This document shows positions 17,101 through 20,000 of a DNA stretch of 20,000 nt, one piece after another; the stretch's first letter is position 1; every line of letters begins with the position of its first letter. The notes under the pieces were generated by a model that was not told where the DNA came from, did no database searches, and saw nothing but the letters and a program-made list of their open reading frames with translations. The stretch comes from an uncultured virus (IMG/VR IMGVR_UViG_3300020421_000013) (lineage: Duplodnaviria > Heunggongvirae > Uroviricota > Caudoviricetes > Crassvirales): the IMG/VR virus record IMGVR_UViG_3300020421_000013, one strand, 5' to 3'. The position numbers were made by a program, and so were the translations under genes.

Positions 17101-18027
17101 GCGTAGGTAATCTGGCGTTATAACACCGAAAACATCGTTTATTTTCTTTTTATTTTCTTTTTGAAAGAAATCTAATGCCTCATCTGACATTATTTTATAT
17201 GAGCCTCTTTTAATAAACTCATCAAGCATCAAGTTTAGTTTTTCTCCATCGCCTTTAGCTTTATTTGACCCCTGTCCTTCGTAGTAAGATTCCCCAGCAT
17301 TCTTTGTTCCGTCTGCTTTGATAAGTGGAACTGAAGCCCAGGTCTTAGCTAATCCATTTGAAAACTTGTCCTTGTTTTTTTTCGGGTCACGTAAAAAATC
17401 CCCATAGCCAGCTCTATTTAAAAGTTCTATAGTAATTCTGTCTTGTAATTCTGGGGTAAATTTTTCGCTTTCATCGATTCCTAGCTTATCGATTGTTTCT
17501 TTTAAGGTTTCGGGTTTAAACTGAAACATCCCTACAGCCTTGTTTTTATTTCTTCTCTGCCAATCTAATACGCCTTTGATAGACATATTAGTAAAATCTG
17601 CAGATTGTTTTTCGTCAAGATAGTCTCCTTGATAAGCACTATAACCATTCGGTCCACCTTCAATAGGCTTGAGGTAGTCCAAAATGTTTTTGGTCATTGA
17701 TTTATTCTTGTCCAATAACGAATCCAAAGAAGATTCGTCGTCTACCGATAGAGATTGATAAGCCGAACTTAGTTGATCCAGAGGCGATTCCTCTTGACCT
17801 GGCTTTGCCTGTTGATGAGGAGTGCGATTTGGATTTTTTTTTTCAAAATCTGTCTGGTAATCAATTTGATCCATGAACGTCTTGAGTTGATTTGCATTTT
17901 GCACAGCAAACGTATAACCGTCTTGCTTGTTGTATATGCCTAGCAAATCATCATAGTTTCCGTTATCGAAAAGCTCCTCGTTCTCCGACTTTAATTTTTG
18001 TAATTCTTTCTTTAATATTGGATCCAT
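11116..18027 (-). CDS. Giant multidomain virion cargo/ejection protein (2303 aa): lambda-R-like lysozyme domain, Ala/Gly-rich hydrophobic helices, candidate ART-like domain, helical C-terminus
   Basis: 6.9-kb uninterrupted ORF. aa ~113-258 has IEGGPNGY..AVGMFQF..FTPELQD..TWASVP..GESYY. The virion/ejection role is inferred from size, architecture and position. Confidence 0.8.
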   Translation of the reverse strand: MDPILKKELQKLKSENEELFDNGNYDDLLGIYNKQDGYTFAVQNANQLKTFMDQIDYQTDFEKKNPNRTPHQQAKPGQEESPLDQLSSAYQSLSVDDESSLDSLLDKNKSMTKNILDYLKPIEGGPNGYSAYQGDYLDEKQSADFTNMSIKGVLDWQRRNKNKAVGMFQFKPETLKETIDKLGIDESEKFTPELQDRITIELLNRAGYGDFLRDPKKNKDKFSNGLAKTWASVPLIKADGTKNAGESYYEGQGSNKAKGDGEKLNLMLDEFIKRGSYKIMSDEALDFFQKENKKKINDVFGVITPDYLRIEPGIFGTTIGGGDESDLRIKLEKQFGYLGFNFKEVDPSEDNIEVSHPNIEGTFKIENNSFWLNGTVTDEQMVLDARGLRDFMQKVKGDVTPEIVYGLDFQTNPAEAAQKMRSDIIMDQEVVQKAIAGKNALKKQLEGVEEYLQGTAGTQSYGQKNPAYLELKEKMRSYDGVIRQYQRSRGVFSTTYSNLIDNTGGIEAFVKNNQINSAVVDQLMASGDLDPGDIKVPGIQIDGRPSSYNQLYDVLTDFDLRRSGEIDITINDESTLNNTGFKNMNNVLINQATKLLEDQTTNDNFVAYLFGSATNSILDISADMAETMHHLAAIPETAITKAVVELGTDWTKDQVDDYFSNVYYKQKDRQIQKLKDQIRSKQVILPENQGDIVDSSSFVELATRMSQAAGQSFPHTALFMINPAAGLAMTTTSAFGQSMEQARTMQSIARRDFAEDGHIDESLAPHLERSRVNMYGTAFAKAAQEALVTRAFTYKLFKDASKIIPGKATVSQMNEAVEAYRRGLVKEMSYKLGAGMASEQFEENLISVHNMMIDEATGIAEYEFEDYARTVGNTSLSSIGSGFVLSAGLGYTQTKSSRKAIEEVLTSLYLEQNIEYNSISHELTSIQKIKDDLKKQGKSTNNLIEEEYNNLTERQSNIINQSKDFIKNADKENLAAIAKTEIEIQDLVNQAKDARVELDIKTIFDETDPQGIPEKGQEVDQNFKERTEKKLKQLVRDQQKNFNKITAEGQYKLSQDVGKNIDAFVGVKGGDEREVVSHATRTKFDVLLDGNLRTRDELRDRDKFVKNTDPTFKDTEENAIYFSKDHKWDYSTVGAKFFFDRNQMSQELADTSQKTNKQKDESEVVSRETVPVSRDNGLLGIEMRYGQPLVQEAFDNDNDLQDFYEGIQDPLVSKEELRKADEENYARYKTEEQVLIKNAQDFANKYKVPVTLRQSPANFRFLEKFGLESKLKDKVIYPENLTSEEMSEFDIVFRDQQRKAITEEDLTMRQTAKNLRSLRVVANEKALFDKPTNPVTRNPKELQGVINFLDSKNYKDLTEAQKRIFQKLTNDLAEASKSGDVTKIPIRRYYTFLAKADQVMDEVLSNMPTETIGEKLKPQTFLESLFTGKTFGFADQRLIISMLFKSQKAKQPLLTLESNKDTAITVAEKQAQDKKEEFESLSFLSKEGIKISIDEFKSSDNLIERGMLSYLGKYHDKGLDGQQKTDDINTQFKEKANSLRQYIENMLRDDNSNVAKKKQKDFMKVFNNIIAGSNSYAEVEGRAKDYNVLGVNELRSMFKPLYDGVNQHMVDFLGKEPMMFENYMPLVYSNLGKNNLVGGVVGDMDVITPIEDPSQMVSGNLQESSDQTNIPDADMFFDNYEAIVFDLYKNTKAQLSAAEHISTLSGVYNSKKFSDIFDTESVSRAFAEPTITDFDYLKKVLNENLVNAQREMVKTSRTEIIDSDEFTGVMARIGKSVKTISQTKRLASIRMRAAQGLSAMLAQTVNMGGAPRAYLSKEIARFVFGATGGKGLASSLEHKNKMTIISNSTTLGRTGKARYGTGYIDGLKFTEPTTYAGKTAKWVDDKFVKNVVEGLFLKPMVTHSDELAADATFLAFYMDYEMKNNPELRKMSDSEFFEYAANNFSEKARAYADDQVGRSQRQQDNWNQRGIFGGNHRAIADLFYMFGAFMYNRKAGMANDYGILNTKYTSRADKAMAARRLMSAAVEIGVFKIMSPIFNTALISSVSGLFASLLGFDDEIDKLIAIYQDRFGQDGVDIAKGKEFKLTNYERDLSKEFYTALADGMIPLPTPPIATELGLMIVNETLKRSDLVNEDFFNSYNPAIRRLGSDIGPMNARDLSEVLLSSLGVYELVAEDYLDNVNSLVYLMQRMNTQEGQFPSYSIGKDRYVMERAKDAADVLAVATLINSVFPSADLNTLTRALRGKINRDYLISRTPTSIKRIEMEEKEERLEEVKEKVRNPKYNKSELLRKQNLRRALMDASQ

Positions 18028-19991
18028 TAGCCTTGATTACTAAATAAATAATATAATATCTCTGAAGCTGTAGGCGCACCTTTAGCATTTTTTAATTGCT
18101 CATATCTAGCAGCTAAAGCTGGGCTTCCATCTAGCGCCTTGCTTATAATCTGCTGAGCCTGCTCGTTTGTCAAAGTGTTTGTTGTTGCGCTACCTGTAAC
18201 TCTACTTTGAGCTTGCGAACCAAGTCCAGTGTCTACGATAGAACCGTCTGCCTGAACTCCTTCTTTTGACATGCTTTCTTCATATGTCACAGAGCCAACT
18301 GCTCTTACTCCTTTTAAAACAAGTCTTGACTTGGTAAAATCTGGAATACCAGAATCACCTTCTTCCACAATAGTTTTTCCAGTATCTTTATCTACTCCAG
18401 GAACTCTTTCAGTTACAAATACAAATCCGCTTAGTGAGCTAAATTTTTGCCCACCATTACTGGTTAGCTTTATGTTTTCTAAGTCAGTGCCACTCATGTC
18501 AATAGTTACGCCAACATCCTGCAATTCTCTTTGTTCAGAGTAGGACCTAGTGTCAGTATAATCTGATTTAGATCCAGAAGATATATTTGCAAGTTTACCT
18601 GTTCCATCCTCATCCTGAAATATAAGGTCAGAATTGTTCTGAACAAACTCAGGTTCAGCCATTAATTCCTCAGCCATAGAAGTGTAGCTCATGTTTTGAA
18701 CTTTACCTTGAATAGTTGTAAATGCTTGTGTATAATTCTCACTTCCTGGGGTCTGATTAAGCCCGTGTTCGCGACCTAATATAGCTGATTGAAGAAGATC
18801 TCTACCATCAAAATCATCAGTACTCATGGTTTGCCCATTCTTTGCTTGACTAGCACCCTTGTTGCTAATAGACCCTAGCCTGCCTCCAACTATTGTTTTA
18901 TCTGGCTTCTGTGATTTGTTAGTAGGTGAATCTCTTCTTCTCACTACTGTTACATCAACATCTTCTTCTTCACCAAATGCTCCTTTAACTTGTTTTAAAT
19001 AAGCTTTAGCCGCCTCTTCTCGCATATCATTAGTGATTTTAAACCTTCCTGTGTCTGGATCAAGTACTATATCTGTTTCAGCGTTATCGCCAAGTTTTTT
19101 CCCTAGATTATCGTATAAGTAGGATATAACTTTACTATCGTCATTTTTAAAATTTTCAACATACTGACCAAGTGCAGTATTGAAATCATCTGATTGTTTT
19201 TTTACGTGGCGAGTAAACAACAGTTCATTACCAAGAACAGTCTTATAATCATACGTTTTGCCGTCTATCTCAAAATCCTTTTGTGTTTTAGCATAAACAT
19301 TTTTGAATTCATTGATATCTGATACTGGATCAAACTTATTTATTTCTTGAACCCCATTCAAGGCCATGGTTTTGAAATCAAAATTCTGTTTTGTTCCGTT
19401 TTCATCTTTAGACGCCCCTTTAAAATTTCCATATTCATCAATACCAATATTATATGCTCCTGCAGAGCCTAACCTAGAACCTAATGTTCTTATTATGCCT
19501 TCAGAAGAAATGCCAGAAATTTTTTCGTTTTTTGAAAACTCTTCTAATTGTTTTTGAACTAATTCAGGGGTGCCTTTGTATATTTTTGATCCGTTAATAA
19601 GATTGTTTTTATAACTAGCAAAATCATCTATAGTGAATAATTTATTTTTGCCAGGCCTATCAGGGTCAGGCTGCATAGTACCTATTTTCTGCTTGGCAGC
19701 AAATAAACCTTCTTTTGCTTTCTGAGCAATATTCATGGTTGCTTTATCAAGACTAGCTACTCCTGTGTATGGGTAGTCTTGAGATTCTTGCGCTTCCTTT
19801 TCATATTTATCAATGCGTTCTCTAGCCTTACCAGCTATTTCCATAGCCTTTTGCTGTTGTTCTAAAGCATCTTTCCCTATTTGTCCAAAGTCGGTTGTAA
19901 TAGCACCCGCTGGTCCATAATCATACTGAGGAACAGATGCATATCTATTACCCCCTCTTGATCCAGTAAATCTTGATGGTCTTCTAGCCAT
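18027..19991 (-). CDS. Large hydrophilic protein (654 aa), probable internal virion/ejection protein
   Basis: TAATG-coupled to the giant gene; basic Gly-rich N-terminus then coiled-coil; no catalytic motif recognised. The start is 9 nt from the window edge, so it cannot be fully verified. Confidence 0.7.
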   Translation of the reverse strand: MARRPSRFTGSRGGNRYASVPQYDYGPAGAITTDFGQIGKDALEQQQKAMEIAGKARERIDKYEKEAQESQDYPYTGVASLDKATMNIAQKAKEGLFAAKQKIGTMQPDPDRPGKNKLFTIDDFASYKNNLINGSKIYKGTPELVQKQLEEFSKNEKISGISSEGIIRTLGSRLGSAGAYNIGIDEYGNFKGASKDENGTKQNFDFKTMALNGVQEINKFDPVSDINEFKNVYAKTQKDFEIDGKTYDYKTVLGNELLFTRHVKKQSDDFNTALGQYVENFKNDDSKVISYLYDNLGKKLGDNAETDIVLDPDTGRFKITNDMREEAAKAYLKQVKGAFGEEEDVDVTVVRRRDSPTNKSQKPDKTIVGGRLGSISNKGASQAKNGQTMSTDDFDGRDLLQSAILGREHGLNQTPGSENYTQAFTTIQGKVQNMSYTSMAEELMAEPEFVQNNSDLIFQDEDGTGKLANISSGSKSDYTDTRSYSEQRELQDVGVTIDMSGTDLENIKLTSNGGQKFSSLSGFVFVTERVPGVDKDTGKTIVEEGDSGIPDFTKSRLVLKGVRAVGSVTYEESMSKEGVQADGSIVDTGLGSQAQSRVTGSATTNTLTNEQAQQIISKALDGSPALAARYEQLKNAKGAPTASEILYYLFSNQG

Positions 19992-20000
19992 TCTTTTCTT

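Noticed and set aside
11116..18027. Giant ORF as a siphovirus tape measure protein
   Set aside because: No periodic Trp/Phe tape-measure repeats were seen, the hydrolase is N-terminal, and the upstream gene is a 654-aa protein rather than a small chaperone pair. Not fully excluded without the flanking genes.
18790..18825. DDFDGRD in the 654-aa protein as an RNA polymerase DxDGD catalytic loop
   Set aside because: It reads DFDGR, so the third Asp is displaced; no preceding NADF-like context and no other polymerase motifs.
273..19557. Short antisense or alternate-frame ORFs in the track (e.g. 273-476, 1050-1307, 2961-3161, 4369-4590, 7745-8017, 8869-9078, 9397-9663, 14156-14356, 18271-18543)
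   Set aside because: They lie within or across well-supported genes, lack motifs and look like shadow ORFs.
1..20000. Stop-codon reassignment as in some crAss-like phages
   Set aside because: Genes are full length and densely packed under code 11; TAG and TGA end genes at coupled junctions (for example 7488, 8383, 2890, 5704).

Overview
A segment of a double-stranded DNA phage genome, most likely a podovirus-type phage of a Bacteroidota (Flavobacteria-like) host. The host call is an inference from the AT-rich sequence, A-rich start regions without obvious Shine-Dalgarno sites, and a -33 TTG / -7 TAnnTTT-type promoter. On the + strand (1-11126), a very AT-rich block of probable early genes is followed by a structured non-coding region (1893-2079). 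That region holds a GNRA-capped hairpin, three phased GACCAGTGC repeats, an AT-rich tract, and a promoter with a DnaA box in its spacer. A tightly coupled DNA-metabolism operon follows: ERF recombinase, PD-(D/E)XK exonuclease, SSB-like protein, stand-alone DnaA domain IV protein, wHTH replication initiator, T7 gp4/Twinkle-like primase-helicase, MazG-like pyrophosphatase and metallophosphoesterase. After a terminator come a YkgJ Cys-cluster protein and an endonuclease I-like nuclease. On the - strand (11116-19991) are two coupled large genes (654 aa and 2303 aa) that look like virion cargo/ejection proteins. The main leads lie in the 2303-aa gene: a lambda-R-like lysozyme domain, a candidate H-Y/S-E ADP-ribosyltransferase-like domain, and an A10 slippery run opening a 44-codon -1 frame (candidate programmed frameshift). 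All protein calls come from motif recognition by eye; no database searches were run.
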